Shown here: positions 35,606-48,759 of the stretch, in pieces | How the letters are laid out: every line of letters begins with the position of its first letter | How positions within the stretch are numbered: position 1 is the first letter of the stretch | NCBI RefSeq assembly: GCF_044704955.1 | Contig: NC_091980.1 | Span: 259,966,001-260,030,000 of the forward strand | DNA from: Pristiophorus japonicus | Taxonomy: Eukaryota | Direction: 5' to 3' | Length of the DNA stretch: 64,000 nucleotides | Notes under the pieces: generated by a model | What the model saw: the letters and a program-made list of their open reading frames with translations, nothing else | Database searches by the model: none | What the model was told of the DNA's origin: nothing | Made by a program: the position numbers and the translations under genes

Positions 35606-38030
35606 GAGAAAGTTGGATCTCAAACCAGCGTACTAAGCTTAAATGAAGGAGTCTATGAAGGCATGAGGGCAGAGTTGGGTAAAGTGGACTGGGAAAATAG
35701 ATTAAAGGGTATGACGGTTGATGAACAGTGGTGTACATTTAAGGAGATATTTCACAACTCTCAAGAAAAATATATTCCAGTTAAGAGGAAAGTGTGTAAG
35801 AGAAAAGGTAGCCATCCATGGCTAACTAAGGAAATTAAGGATGGTATCCAATTAAAAACAAGGGCATACAAAGTGGCCAAAACTAGTGGGCAAAACAGAA
35901 GACTGGGAAGCTTTTAAAAGCCAGTAAAGAACAACTAAAAAATGATTAAGAAAGGGAAGATAGACTATGAAAGTAAACTTATAAAAACAGCTAGCAGGAG
36001 TTTCTATAGGTATATAAAAAGGAAAAGGAAGGCTAAAGTAACTGTTAGTCCCTTAGAGGACGAGGCCAGGGAATTAGTAATGGGGAACATGGAGATGGCA
36101 GAAACTCTGAACAAATATTTTGTATCAGTCTTTACGGTAGAGGACACTAACATTATTCCGACAGGGCTATGGGGAGAAAAACTTAACACAATCACAATCA
36201 CTAAGGAGGCGGTACTCAGTAAGATTATGGGACTAAAAGGCGGATAAATCCCCTGGACCTGATGGCTTGCATCCTCGGGTCTTAAAAGAAAAGTAGCGGT
36301 AGGGATTGTGGATTCATTGGTTGTAATTTACCAAAATTCCCTGGATTCTGGGGAGGTACCAGCAGATTGGAAAATTGCAAATGTAACGCCCCTCTTTAAA
36401 AAAGGAGGCAGACAAAATGCAGGAAACTATAAACCAGTTAGTCTAACATCTGTGTTTGGAAAAATGTTGGAGTCCATTATCAAAAAAGCAAATTCAGTCA
36501 GGCAGAGTCAGCATGGATTTATGAAGGGGAAGTCATGTTTGACAAATCTGCTGGAGTTCTTTGAAGATGTAACGAACAGGGTGGATAAAGGGGAATCAGT
36601 GGATGTGGTGTATTTAGACTTCCAGAAGGCATTTGACAAGGTGCCACATAAGAACATAAGAATTAGGAACAGGAGTAGGCCATCTAGCCCCTCGAGCCTG
36701 CTCCGCCATTCAACAAGATCATGGCTGATCTGGCTGTGGACTCAGCTCCACTTACCCGCCCGCTCCCAGTAACCCTTAATTCCCTTATTGGTTAAAAATC
36801 TATCTATCTGTGACTTGAATACATTCAATGAGCTAGCCTCAACTGCTTCCTTGGGCAGAGAATTCCATAGATAAAAGGTTACTGCACAAGATAAAAGTTC
36901 ACGGGGTTGGGGCTAATATATTAGCATGGATAGAGGATTGGCTAGCTAACAGAAAACAGAAGAGTTGGGATAAATGGTTCATTCTCTGGTTGGCAACCAG
37001 TAACTAGTGGGGTGCCGCAGGGATCAGTGCTGGGACCAGTACTATTTACAATCTATATAAACAACTTGGAAGAAGGGATTGAGTGTAACATAGCCAAGTT
37101 TGCTGATGATACAAAGATGGGAGGAAAAGCAATGTGTGAGGAGGACACAAAAAATCTGCAAAATGACAGACAGGCTAAGTGAGTGGGCAAAAATTTGGCA
37201 GACGGAGTATAATGTTGGAAAGTGTGAGATAATGCACTTCGGCAGAAAAAAAATCAAAGAGCAAGTTATTATTTAAATGGAGAAAGATTGCAAAATGCCA
37301 CAGCACAGCGGGACCTGGAGGTACTTGTGCGTGAATCACAAAAGGATAGTATGCAGGTACAGCAAGTGATAAGGAAGGCCAATGGAATCTTGGCCTTTAT
37401 TGCAAAGGGGATGGAGTATAAAAGCAAGGAAGCTTTGCTACAGCTATATAAAGGTATTGGTGAGGCCACACCTAGAATACTGCGTGCAGTTTTGGTTTCC
37501 ATATTTGTGAAAGGATATACTTGCTTTGGAGGCAGTTCAGAGAAGGTTCACTAGGTTGATTCCGGGGATGAGGGGAGTTGACTTATGAGGAAAGGTTGAA
37601 TAGGTTGGGCCTCTGCTCAGTGGAATTCAGAAGAATGAGGGGTGATCTTATCGAAACGTGTAAGATTATGAGGGGGCTTGACAAGGTGGATGCAGAGAGG
37701 ATGTTCCACTGATGGGGGAGACTAGAACTAGAGGGCATGATTTAAAATAAGGCGCCGCCCATTTAAGACAGAGATGAGGAAAAATTTCTTCTCTCAGAGG
37801 GTTGTTAATCTCTGGAATTTGCTGCCTCAGAGCTGTGGATGCTGGGACATTGAATAAATTTAAGACAGAAATAGACAGTTTCTTAAACGATAAGGGGATA
37901 AGGGTTATGGGGAACTGGCGGGGAAGTGGAGCAGAGTCCATGATCAGATCAGCCATGATGTTATTAAATGGCAGAGCAGGCTGAAGGGGCCGTATGGCTT
38001 ACTGCTGCTCCTATTTCTTATGTTCTTATG
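35606..38030 (+). mobile_element. CR1 LINE ORF2 fragment with an inverted CR1 3' end nested at about 36650-36870
   Basis: RT motifs and TTCTTATG tail. The internal block AGAACATAAGAATTAGG... is a reverse-complement CR1 tail, and the host resumes at ATAAAAGGTTACTGCAC. Confidence 0.88.
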
Positions 38031-38031
38031 A

Positions 38032-39105
38032 AAGACCCGGGACTAGGGGGGGGGGGGGGGCGGTTGCGAAAGACCCAGGAGAGTGGTGGTGAGGAGGGCC
38101 AAGACCCGGGGGAGGGGGGGGGGGGAAGGGGGTGGCCGAGACCCGGGAGAGGGAGGGGGGGCCGAGACCCGGGAGAGGGGGGGCCCCGAGACCTGGGAGA
38201 GGGGGGGGGTCGAGACACGGGAGAGGGGGGGGGGGATCGAGACCCGGGAGGGGGGGGGGCGAGACCTGGGAGAGGGGGGGGGGCCGAGACCTGGGAGAGG
38301 GGGGGGGGGGAGACGAGACCCGGGAGAGGGAGGGCCGAGACCTGGGAGAGGGGGTGGGGGGCCGAGACCCGGGAGAGGGGGGGCCGAGACCTGGGAGAGG
38401 GGGGGGCCGAGACCCGGAAGCGAGACCCAGGAGGGGGGGGGGGGCGCGAGACCCGGGAGGGGGGGGGGGGGGGGAGGGCCGAGACCCGGGAGAGGGGGGC
38501 CCCGAGACCCTGGAGAGGGGGGGGGCCCCCGAGACCCGGGAGAGGGGGGGGCCGAGACCCGGGAGAGCCGAGACCCGGGAGAGGGGGGGGGGCCGAGACC
38601 CGGGAGAGGGAGGGCCGAGACCTGGGAGAGGGGGTGGGGGGCCGAGACCCGGGAGAGGGAGGGCCGAGACCCGGGAGAGGGGGGGGCCGAGACCCGGGAG
38701 GGGGGGGGGGAGGGCCGAGACCCGGGAGAGGGAGGGCCGAGACCTGGGAGAGGGGGTGGGGGGCCGAGACCCGGGAGAGGGAGGGCCGAGACCCGGGAGA
38801 GGGGGGGGGCCGAGACCCGGGAGAGGGGGGGGGGGCCGAGACCCGGGAGAGGGGGGGGGCCGAGACCCGGGAGAGGGGGGGGGGGGACGGGCCAGACCCG
38901 GGAGAGGGGGGGGGGGGACGGGCCAGACCCGGGAGAGGGGGGGGGGGGACGGGCCAGACCCGGGAGAGGGGGGGGGGGGGGACGGGCCGAGACCCGGGAG
39001 AGGGGGGGGGGGGACGGGCCGAGACCCGGGAGAGGGAGGGAGGGGGACGGGCCGAGACCCGGGAGAGGGAGCCGACACCCGGGAGAGGGAGAGGGGGAGG
39101 GGCAG
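38032..39105 (+). repeat. G-rich minisatellite (GCCGAGACCCGGGAGA-Gn), roughly 45 units
   Basis: Directly visible tandem units with variant sub-blocks. Confidence 0.95.
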
Positions 39106-40061
39106 GGATTAGAGTTTATGTCATTAATACTAACACCGAAAACCGATGTTGCTTTAAAAACTTGTAAAACAGGGTCTGACGTAAATCAGTTTTGGGGAAG
39201 TGCCAATTCGGGGAAAGTTCAGTTGCTGCACTGTAAAACGTGCTACTTCCCGAACGTGCTGTTCCTGTGTTCCAGTATAAAGTACTCCGTGTGATGCGGC
39301 TCTTTTGCCGACACGAGCAACAGATTTTCATTAGTTTCAATTCGTCACGTTCTCACAGACAGATTATTCGCGGTTACATTTTTTTTACACTCGAGTCCTG
39401 TATTGGTTTGAATTGGAAAATGTTTAAAACGGTTTACAGTGAGCCAGTTAAAAGCGCTTGAGCAGTAGATATGACCTCCCATGTCCAGTGTAATACCTTC
39501 CAGATACCATTTACATTCTGGAACCGCCATGAGATTTAGTCGTCAGTGCACGTACTGTACATTCACAAGGGCGGCAGTAAAACCTCAAAAGCCAAGAGCC
39601 CAGCTTTGTACCACAAAACATTATAGTGAATTAACAAATAACCACGTCACCATGTTCTCCACTAGTTCACGATCACGTACATTTGTAGTCAGCATAAGTG
39701 GAAAACAAAAGCCAAGAGGGAAGGGCTGTTTACAACAAAAACACACAAGTCTGACGAAAGGACTTTACCAATTCTGATATATACTTCTGGAAACAAAATA
39801 TTGTATGCATCTCCAACTCATATCTTAATTCTCATTTTTCATTGCAAAAAATGAACAATTTCAGTTACAAAGGTGGAAAAATTAAACGCAAAGATTCAGT
39901 ACTCTTGGTCCATAAACCTTTTCTATCAGCAAAAAGAGTTTCTTTGAAAATTAAGATTTCAGTGGGTATAGATGTTGCAAAGATAAGCTACTAAGAACAA
40001 AAGCAGATAGGTTGCAAGGAGCTAGCAGTACATCCAGTCTTGAGCAAAGATCTTTAAATAA

Positions 40062-40336
40062 ACAGAGTGGAGTTGAGAAAGAATTACTTCTCCCAGAGGG
40101 TTGTGAATCTGTGGAATTCTCTGCCCAGGGAAGCAGTTGAGGTTAGCTCATTGAATGTATTCAAATCACAGATAGATAGATTTTTAACCAATAAGGGAAT
40201 TAAAGGTTATGGGGAGCGGGCGGGTAAGTGGAGCTGAGTCCACGGCCAGATCAGCCATGATCTTGTTGAATGGCAGAGCAGGCTCGAGGGGCTAGATGGC
40301 CTACTCCTGTTCCTAATTCTTATGTTCTTATGTTCT
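40062..40336 (+). mobile_element. CR1 3' end fragment
   Basis: Near identical to 15820-16082, tail TTCTTATGTTCTTATGTTCT. Confidence 0.88.
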
Positions 40337-40526
40337 AACAAGGAAAAATAGGTGTTCTTTTCTCCCGCTATATAAAAAGCCCTGGCAGTTTCATATTGAT
40401 CTGGTCACCAACTGTGGAAGACCCAGGCTGTGGAAGTGGCCAAAGACCAATATAAAAGTAGCGTTGAAAGAATTTAACACATTTTGATTCAGAGGCCAAG
40501 GAAAAAGACACAGCAACTGTAGAATG

Positions 40527-40650
40527 GTTCTGACGAAAAGTCAGCGACCTGAAACGTTAACTCTGTTTCTCTCTCCACAGATGCTGGCTGATCTGCTGAG
40601 TATTTCCAGCATTGAGATATCCAGTATCCCCAGTATTTTGCTTTTGTTAC
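40527..40650 (+). other. Penelope-derived repeat containing a minimal type I hammerhead-ribozyme-like motif
   Basis: GTT-CTGACGA-A-AAGTC-AGC-GACCT-GAAA-CG-TT-AAC at 40527-40561: CUGANGA and GAAA boxes, stem II, palindromic ACGT, and GTT/AAC stem I. Confidence 0.65.
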
Positions 40651-40894
40651 TATAGAATGGTACTTTTTTTCTCATTTTAACTGCAGTCAAGCTCAATAAT
40701 ACCGAGTGACTTTAAACAGACTTCCTGAATCCAGTATTGTTACCCCATTTTCAAGGATCGGACTTAATGACAGACAAAAAAAAAAATTTTCAATGGCATC
40801 AATAGCTGAATCAGTCCAGTCAACCATCTAAACATGCCCTCCAAAATACTTTATACTTAATTTTATCAATTGTTGGAAGATATACGAAAGATGT

Positions 40895-41419
40895 TACGAA
40901 AGGATATACTTGGTTTGGAGGCAGTTCAGAGAAGGTTCACAAGGTTGATTCCAGAGATGAGGGGGTTGACTTATGAGGAAAGGTTGAGTAGGTTGGACCT
41001 CTACTCATTGGAATTCAGAAGAATAAGAGGTGATCTTATCGAAACGGATAAGATTATGAGGGGGCTTGACAAGGTGGATGCAGAGAGGATGTTTCCACTG
41101 ATGGGGGAGACTAGAATTAGAGGGCATGATCTTAGAATAAGGGGCCGCCCATTTAAAACAGAGATGAGGAGAAATTTCTTCTCTGAGGGTTGTAAATCTG
41201 TGGAATTTGCTGCCTCAGAGAGCTGTGGAAGCTGGGACATTGAATAAATTTAAGACAGAAACAGACAGCTTCTTAAACAATAAGGGAATAAGGGGTTATG
41301 GAGAGTGGGCAGGGAAGTGGCGCTGAATCCATGATCGGATCAGCCATGACCATATTAAATGGCGGAGCAGGCTCAAGGGGCCGCATGGCCTTGTCCTGCT
41401 CTTATTTCTTATATTCTTT
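40895..41419 (+). mobile_element. CR1 3' fragment
   Basis: LRKDILGLEAVQRRFTRLIPEMRGL peptide and CR1 tail. Confidence 0.88.
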
Positions 41420-41424
41420 GAATA

Positions 41425-41900
41425 GGCCGGCCTCCCATCTTCCACCCTCTAAACTTCAGCTCATCCAAAACTCTGCTGCCCGTATCCTAACTCGCACCAA
41501 GTCCTGCTCACCCGTGCTTGCTGACCAACATTGGCTCCCAGTTAAGCAATGCCTCGATTTCAAAATTCTCCTGCGTATTTTCAAATCCCTCCATGGCCTC
41601 GCCTCTCCCTATCTCGAATCTCCTCGAGCCCACAACTCCCACCCGGAGATATCTGCGCTCCTCCAATTCTGGCCTTCAGCTGCCCCAAGCTCTGAAATTT
41701 CCTCACTAAACCCTCTCCATCTCTCTTTCCTCCTTTAAGATGCTCCTTAAAACCTACCCCTTTGACTAAGCTTTTGGTCATCTGCCCTAATATCTCCTTA
41801 TGCAGCTCGGTGTCAAATTCCGTTTGATAACGGTCATGTAAAGCACCTTGGGGTGTTTTACTACATTAATGGCGCTATATAAATACAATTTGTTGTTGTA
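41425..41900 (+). mobile_element. L2 LINE 3' fragment
   Basis: KLQLIQNSAARILTRT...HWLPV peptide and tail ...GGCGCTATATAAATACAATTTGTTGTTG. Confidence 0.8.
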
Positions 41901-43629
41901 TTTCATAGACTTTGTTTTTTTAGCCTAAAGGCAGTGATCTTAAGAATAGTAGGCAGTGTTGTCTCACTATGATTTTAGTAACTGCAATGAATGGTGAGCA
42001 TCTAATTCTTAATACTATTTCCACTGTGATAAACACCAATTATAGATTCCGTCTTTCCACACTTGGGTTATGTCAACAGACTGCATAGTGGACTGTGCCT
42101 CAATCCTGCTCCACCACCCCCACCCCAGTTAATGTTTTAAAAAAATATATAAATACATCTGTACCATTGATAGTACCTGTAGTGGTTAAATTAGAATCAG
42201 ATTATTGACAAAATTAAAGTTCAAAAACAAAGCTTGTAGCTTTTAAACTCCAAATTGCTAGTTGCTGGTCAACATTGGTAAAAGTGTTTGGCAACTGCAG
42301 TTTTGATACACCAGGATAGTTTATATTTAAACATTTAACATGTTTGAATGAGACACTAAATCTGTACTTTCCTTCAACATTTAGTAAACTGGAACGTTTT
42401 GTTCATTATTCGAGTTGTGTTGTTTGCTGCACTTGGAATGCGGTGTCCACATGGTGGGTGATAGAGGCTCTGGAAAAGGTGCAGAAGAGGGCCACTAGAC
42501 TAATTCCAAGTCTAAAGCATCTTAGTTATCAAGATAGGCTAAATGAGTTGGGAATCTTTACCTTAGAGCAGCACAGACTTAGGGGGGGGGGGGATCTGAT
42601 TGAAGTTGATAAGATAATGAAGGGAATAGACAGTGTTCCAGCCAACAAATTAATTAAATTAAATAAGTTAGGCAGGACCAGGGGTCATAAATTTAAGTTG
42701 TATAGGGCTAGGTCTAGGAGGTGGTTCTTTTCCCAGAGAATAGTAGACCTCTGGAACAAGCTTGTGTGGTAGATGCAAACTTGCTTGGTTCCTTCAAGCG
42801 AGGACTGGATTTATTTCTGGTTGGGATGGAGATCACTTCTTACAGAAGGTAGGTACTGCAGGGAATTCAAGACCAGAGTGATCTCCTGGACTAGTTTTAA
42901 TCACCTAGATGGGTCAGAGGGGAATTTTTCTCCCCCAAAATTGGCCTGGGATTTTTTATGCTCTCCCAGGAGATCACATGGTTTCAGGTGGGGTGGAATG
43001 TATATGTTGTGTGGGACAGGTCGATGGACCAGATGATCTTTACCTGTCCATCATTGTTCGTATGCCAATATTCCAGGATGCTGAGTCAGTAACCAGTATT
43101 CATGTCGTCCTCCCTGCCAGCAGTGTTCAAATAGGCTTGAGCAGCACAAAACATTAACTGCTGATTCACCTATTTTTCCCTACAAAATAATGAAACACAT
43201 CTCTCGACTCTGCTTCTTTATAGGCCCTATTGATGCACAATAAGAGCCTCAAAGATCTAGGTATTACAAGACTCGTAAGACAGACTTATAAAGACATCCA
43301 CACCCATGGAAAACACTAGGGAATGATTTGGGATGTCCAAAATTTTTTTACACAAAATATCAATACCCATAAACTTTACCTGCAGAGATCCTACAACCAC
43401 CAGAAAATAGCAGTTAACTTTTAGTTTTAACAAAACTAAGATTAATATATTGCTCCTAACATTAAAAAAATGTTAATTTCTCAAACCATAGTTTTGACCA
43501 TTTGCCTCTGTTTTGGCACCATCCACAGATGATGACCAGCTAGTTGTCCTTTGCCAATGCCATGAGAAGGTAAGAAAACTGCCAGGATGATTTGTCTGTG
43601 CATTTTGCCTCCCTGGAGGGGGTTTCTTA

Positions 43630-44080
43630 ACAACCTGCATTTATAGAGAATCTTTAACATAGTAAAATATTCCAAGGTCCTTCATAGGACACCGAGACAC
43701 ACAAGGAGATATTAGGACAAGTGACCAAAAGCTTGGCTAAAGAGGTAGGTTTTAAGGAAGATCTTAAAGGAGGAGAGAGAGGTAGAGAGGCGGAGGGGCT
43801 TCGGGAGGCAATTGCAGAACCTAGGGGCCAGGCAGCTGAAGTCACGGCTGTCAATGGTGGAGCGATTAAAATCGGGGAAGCGCAAGAGGCCAGAATTGGA
43901 GGAATGCAGAGGGTTGTAGGGATGGAGGTGGTTACAGAGCTAGGACGGGGCAAGGCCATGGAAGGATATGAAGAAGAAAACAAGTATGAGAAATTTAAAA
44001 TCGAAGCATTGCCGGATCGAATGCCAATGTAGGTCAGTGACCATTACAGGTGATGGGTGAACAGGGCTTGGTATGAGTTA
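43630..44080 (-). mobile_element. L2 LINE 3' fragment
   Basis: Reverse complement similar to 41480-41900 (CCTTAAAACCTACC...TTTGACCAAGCTTTTGGTCA). Confidence 0.75.
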
Positions 44081-44301
44081 GAATCCACTTTATGCCTCAT
44101 ACAGACAGCCAGACCAAAAGAATGGTGAATCATGGCCTTAAACCCACATCTCACACAGTACATTACATTATGACAATATATTGTGTCACCCAGGTCAGTT
44201 TAATTTCAGTGACTTTATATTATTTAACAATAAAGCGAACACTGGCAACACCAAACAAATCAATAAAGTAGAATAAAGCAGAGTGCTTCATTCTCTTGAT
44301 G

Positions 44302-47064
44302 GAGACGTGGCTCCAGGATGATCAGGGCTGGGAACTCAACATCCAAGGGTATTCAACATTCAGGAAGGATAGAATAAAAGGAAAAGGAGGTGGGGTAGCA
44401 TTGCTGGTTAAGGAGGAGATTAAGGCAATAGTTAGGAAGGACATTAGCTTGGATGATGTGGAATCTATATAGGTAGAGCTGCAGAACACCAAAGGGCAAA
44501 AAACGTTAGTGGGAGCTGTGTACAGACCTCCAAACAGTAGTAGTGATGTTGGGGAGGGCATCAAACAGGAAATTAGGGGTGCATGCAATAAAGGTGCAGC
44601 AGTTATAATGGGTGACTTTAATATGCACATAGATTGGGCCAACCAAACTGGAAGCAATACAGTGGAGGAGGATTTCCTGGAGTGCATAAGGGATGGTTTT
44701 TTAGAGGAACCAACTAGGGGGGAGGCCATCTTAGACTGGGTGTTGTGTAATGAGAGGGGATTAATTAGCAATCTCGTTGTGCGAGGCCCCTTGGGGAAGA
44801 GTGACCATAATATGGTGGAATTCTGCATTAGGATGGAGAATGAAACAGTTAATTCAGAGACCATGGTCCAGAACTTAAAGAAGGGTAACTTTGAAGGTAT
44901 GAGGCGTGAATTGGCTAGGATAGATTGGCGAATGATACTGAAAGGGTTGACTGTGGATGGGCAATGGCAGACATTTAGAGACCGCATGGATGAACTACAA
45001 CAATTGTACATTCCTGTCTGGCATAAAAATAAAAAAGGGAAGGTGGCTCAACCATGGCTATCAAGGGAAATCAGGGATAGTATTAAAGCCAAGGAAGTGG
45101 CATACAAATTGGCCAGAAATAGCAGCGAACCCGGGGACTGGGAGAAGTTTAGAACTCAGCAGAGGAGGACAAAGGGTTTGATTATTGCAGGGAAAATGGA
45201 GTACGAGAAGAAGCTTGCAGGGAACATTAAAACGGATTGCAAAAGTTTCTATAGATATGTAAAGAGAAAAAGGTTAGTAAAGACAAACGTAGGTCCCCTG
45301 CAGTCAGAATCAGGGAAAGTCATAATGGGGAACAAAGAAATGGCGGACCAATTGAACAAGTACTTTGGTTCGGTATTCACTAAGGAGGACACAAACAACC
45401 TTCCGGATATAAAAGGGGTCGGAGGGTCTAGTAAGGAGGAGGAACTGAGGGAAATCCTTATTAGTCGGGAAATTGTGTTGGAGAAATTGATGGGATTGAA
45501 GGCCGATAAATCCCCAGGGCCTGATGGACTGCATCCCAGAGTACTTAAGGAGATGGCCTTGGAAATAGTGGATGCATTGACAGTCATTTTCCAACATTCC
45601 ATTGACTCTGGATCAGTTCCTATGGAGTGAAGGGTAGCCAATGTAACCCCACTTTTTAAAAAAGGAGGGTGAGAGCTAACAGGGAATTATAGATCGGTCA
45701 GCCTGACATCGGTAGTGGGTAAAATGATTAAATCAATTATTAAGGATGTCATAGCAGTGCATTTGGAAAGAGGTGACATGATAGGTCCAAGTCAGCATGG
45801 ATTTGTGAAAGGGAAATCATGCTTGACAAATCTTGTGGAATTTTTTGAGGATGTTTCCAGTAGAGTGGACAAGGGAGAACCAGTTGATGTGGTATATTTG
45901 GACTTTCAGAAGGCTTTCGACAAGGTCCCACACAAGAGATTAATGTGCAAAGTTAAAGCACATGGGATTGGGGGTAGTGTGCTGACAGGAAGCAAAGAGT
46001 AGGAGTAAATGGGGACTTTTCAGAATGGCAGGCAGTGACTAGTGGGGTACCGCAAGGTTCTGTGCTGGGGCCCCAGCTGTTTACACTGTACATTAATGAT
46101 TTAGATGAGGGGATTAAATGTAGTATCTCCAAATTTGCGGATGACACTAAGTTGGGTGGCTGTGTGAGCTGCGAGGAGGATGCTATGAGGCTGCAGAGCG
46201 ACTTGGATAGGTTAGGTGAGTGGGCAAATGCATGGCAGATGAAGTATAATGTGGATAAATGTGAGGTTATCCACTTCGGTGGTAAAAACAGAGAGACAGA
46301 CTATTATCTGAATGGTGACAGATTAGGAAAAGGGGAGGTGCAACGAGACCTGGGTGTCATGGTACATCAGTCATTGAAGGTTGGCATGCAGGTACAGCAG
46401 GCGGTTAAGAAAGCAAATGGCATGTTGGCCTTCATAGCGAGGGGATTTGAGTACAGGGGCAGGGAGGTGTTGCTACAGTTGTACAGGGCCTTGGTGAGGC
46501 CACACCTGGAGTATTGTGTACAGTTTTGGTCTCCTAACCTGAGAAAGGACATTCTTGCTATTGAGGGAGTGTAGCGAAGGTTCACCAGACTGATTCCCGG
46601 GATGGCGGGACTGACCTATCAAGAAAGACTGGATCAACTGGGCTTGTATTCACTGGAGTTCAGAAGAATGACAGGGGACCTCATAGAAACATTTAAAATT
46701 CTGACGGGGTTAGACAGGTTAGATGCAGGAAGAATGTTCCCAATGTTGGGGAAGTCCTGAACCAGGGGAAAGTCTAAGGATAAGGATAAGCCATTTAGGA
46801 CCGAGATGAGGAGGAACTTCTTCACCTAGAGAGTGGTGAACCTGTGGAATTCTCTACCACAGAAAGTTGTTGAGGCCAATTCACTAAATATATTCAAAAA
46901 GGAGTTAGATGAAGTCCTTACTACTAGGGGGATCAAGGGGTATGGCGAGAAAGCAGGAATGGGGTACTGAAGTTGCATGTTCAGTCATGAGCTCATTGAA
47001 TGGCGGTGCAGGCTAGAAGGGCCGAATGGCCTACTCCTGCACCTATTTTTTGTGTTTCTATGTT
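44302..47064 (+). mobile_element. CR1 LINE ORF2 (APE/RT) copy with 3' tail, close paralog of 22370-25005
   Basis: Long ORF 44509-45630, KFADDTK RT motif, near identity with the 22-25 kb copy, tail TTTCTATGTT. Confidence 0.93.
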
Positions 47065-48759
47065 GAGAAAACAATTTCTGCAAAATAACGATTTCAGCCA
47101 AGGATATACTGTCATGAGCACTGAATTGGACGTTTTTGAATTCCAAGACTTTCAATTTCACAGCTAGAATTCATGAGAAGTTTTAAACTTGAATTACAAA
47201 TTATGTAATGTGTGTTTTGCTGGGTACTGAAAGAAAATTTATATCTTTCAATGGATTGTACCCATTTAATGAGCCAATTCACCTTCATATTCAGAATATT
47301 CAAAACAGACACTTTTTAACCAAATGAAACTATACTCCAAAAGAGAACTCAAAAAGGCAGTTTCTTCATGCTTCTGTTCCACAGGTGTCAGGCAATGTCC
47401 AGATACCCTACTACCCGTTATTTAAGTGTGAGCTTAGGCAGTGAGTATTTACAAACTATTTCAGAGAGAAGGGCATCATAGCCAAGCCAAAGGCAGTCAG
47501 CACCAAATATCCACACAAGAAACTTGCAGCAGAGGTTGCAGGATAGCAATCAGAAATGGGAACTCTAGCTAATACTCCCCTCCCCAACCCAGGGATACTG
47601 AGGTAATTTACAGTGCTTTCATCAATGCCCTGCTAACGTCACCTAGCTCAAAGACTGAGGACGTTTTTGAGCTACTGATAAATTCAGTGAAGCACAAACC
47701 ATTGAAGTAATCCTTTTTTTTTTAAAAAAAAAGTTACTAATACTGGAGTGCCTCTTATCTGAAAGGACACAGTTGGAATAACATTTTATTTTCAAACATA
47801 AACATTAGCACATCTCCTTCAGTTGCCCCCGCTGGGCAGGGGGTGGGGGCAGAGGAGGGGTGGTGGTGTTCCAGCACACCCTCCAAAATTGCTACAATTC
47901 AGCTAATAAAAACTGATTAGTTGGAGGTTGTGTCTAAATGTTCACCACGATATTACAGTGAAAAGCAGCAACATTATTAATAGCACTTGGACTTCATGCT
48001 TTAAAGATTTTGTCTGACCAGACTTTTAAAAATTTGCTATATTTGAATTGTTAGATTAATGGAAGTAATAATCTTTCTATTTGAACTTTATTAAAGTTCC
48101 TATATGTAAAATACAGTTTAACTAGATTTATCTGGTTTGGCAAGCTCACATCCAAACACCACCCCCACACAACAAAAATCCTGCCTGCAAGTCGATAAAG
48201 GCAGTGAGAGACAAAAGTCTACCTCATCATACATTCCTACAACAGGAGGTATTTCCACTGAGCAAAATAAATGCACAATTTCCTTGACAGAGGGAAGCAG
48301 AAGTGTGGGATGGATTTGTTTTACTCATGGAAAATCCTCTGAATTAAGAGCGGAAAATACCAATGGAAGACTTGTCAGTTTTCACCAAAGTACCAAAAAA
48401 TTGCTTTGACTCTACTTCCTGACATCTTTTTCCCATTCTGATACAACTATCAACAAAATAATCATGTCATCCACAGACATAAAAATGGGTAGGGAGAGAT
48501 CAACTCAAACTTAGTTTCCTGCAGCAAACATATTTCCTGCAAGGGAAAACAATCTGGAATTTAAAGTGTATGAGGATTTTTTAATTGCCAATTTAAAGTG
48601 TCACAATCACTTAACCAAAAATTAAAGTGAAGCCTGTGCCACAATCACTTAATCAAAAATTAAAAGGAAACTTAACAAATTAAATGAAAACACTATTCCC
48701 CGGAGTGCTGATCCACCGGTCACGGAAAAGCAAATATCTCTCCCAGGCAGCAGCAGCAG

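Noticed and set aside
34882-35738. Proline/glycine-rich ORFs resembling formin or extensin
   Set aside because: Translations of the G-rich minisatellite, open in most frames.
37968-39294. Long Gly/Arg-rich ORFs of 326-403 aa
   Set aside because: Translations of a stop-free tandem repeat, with no splice or codon evidence.
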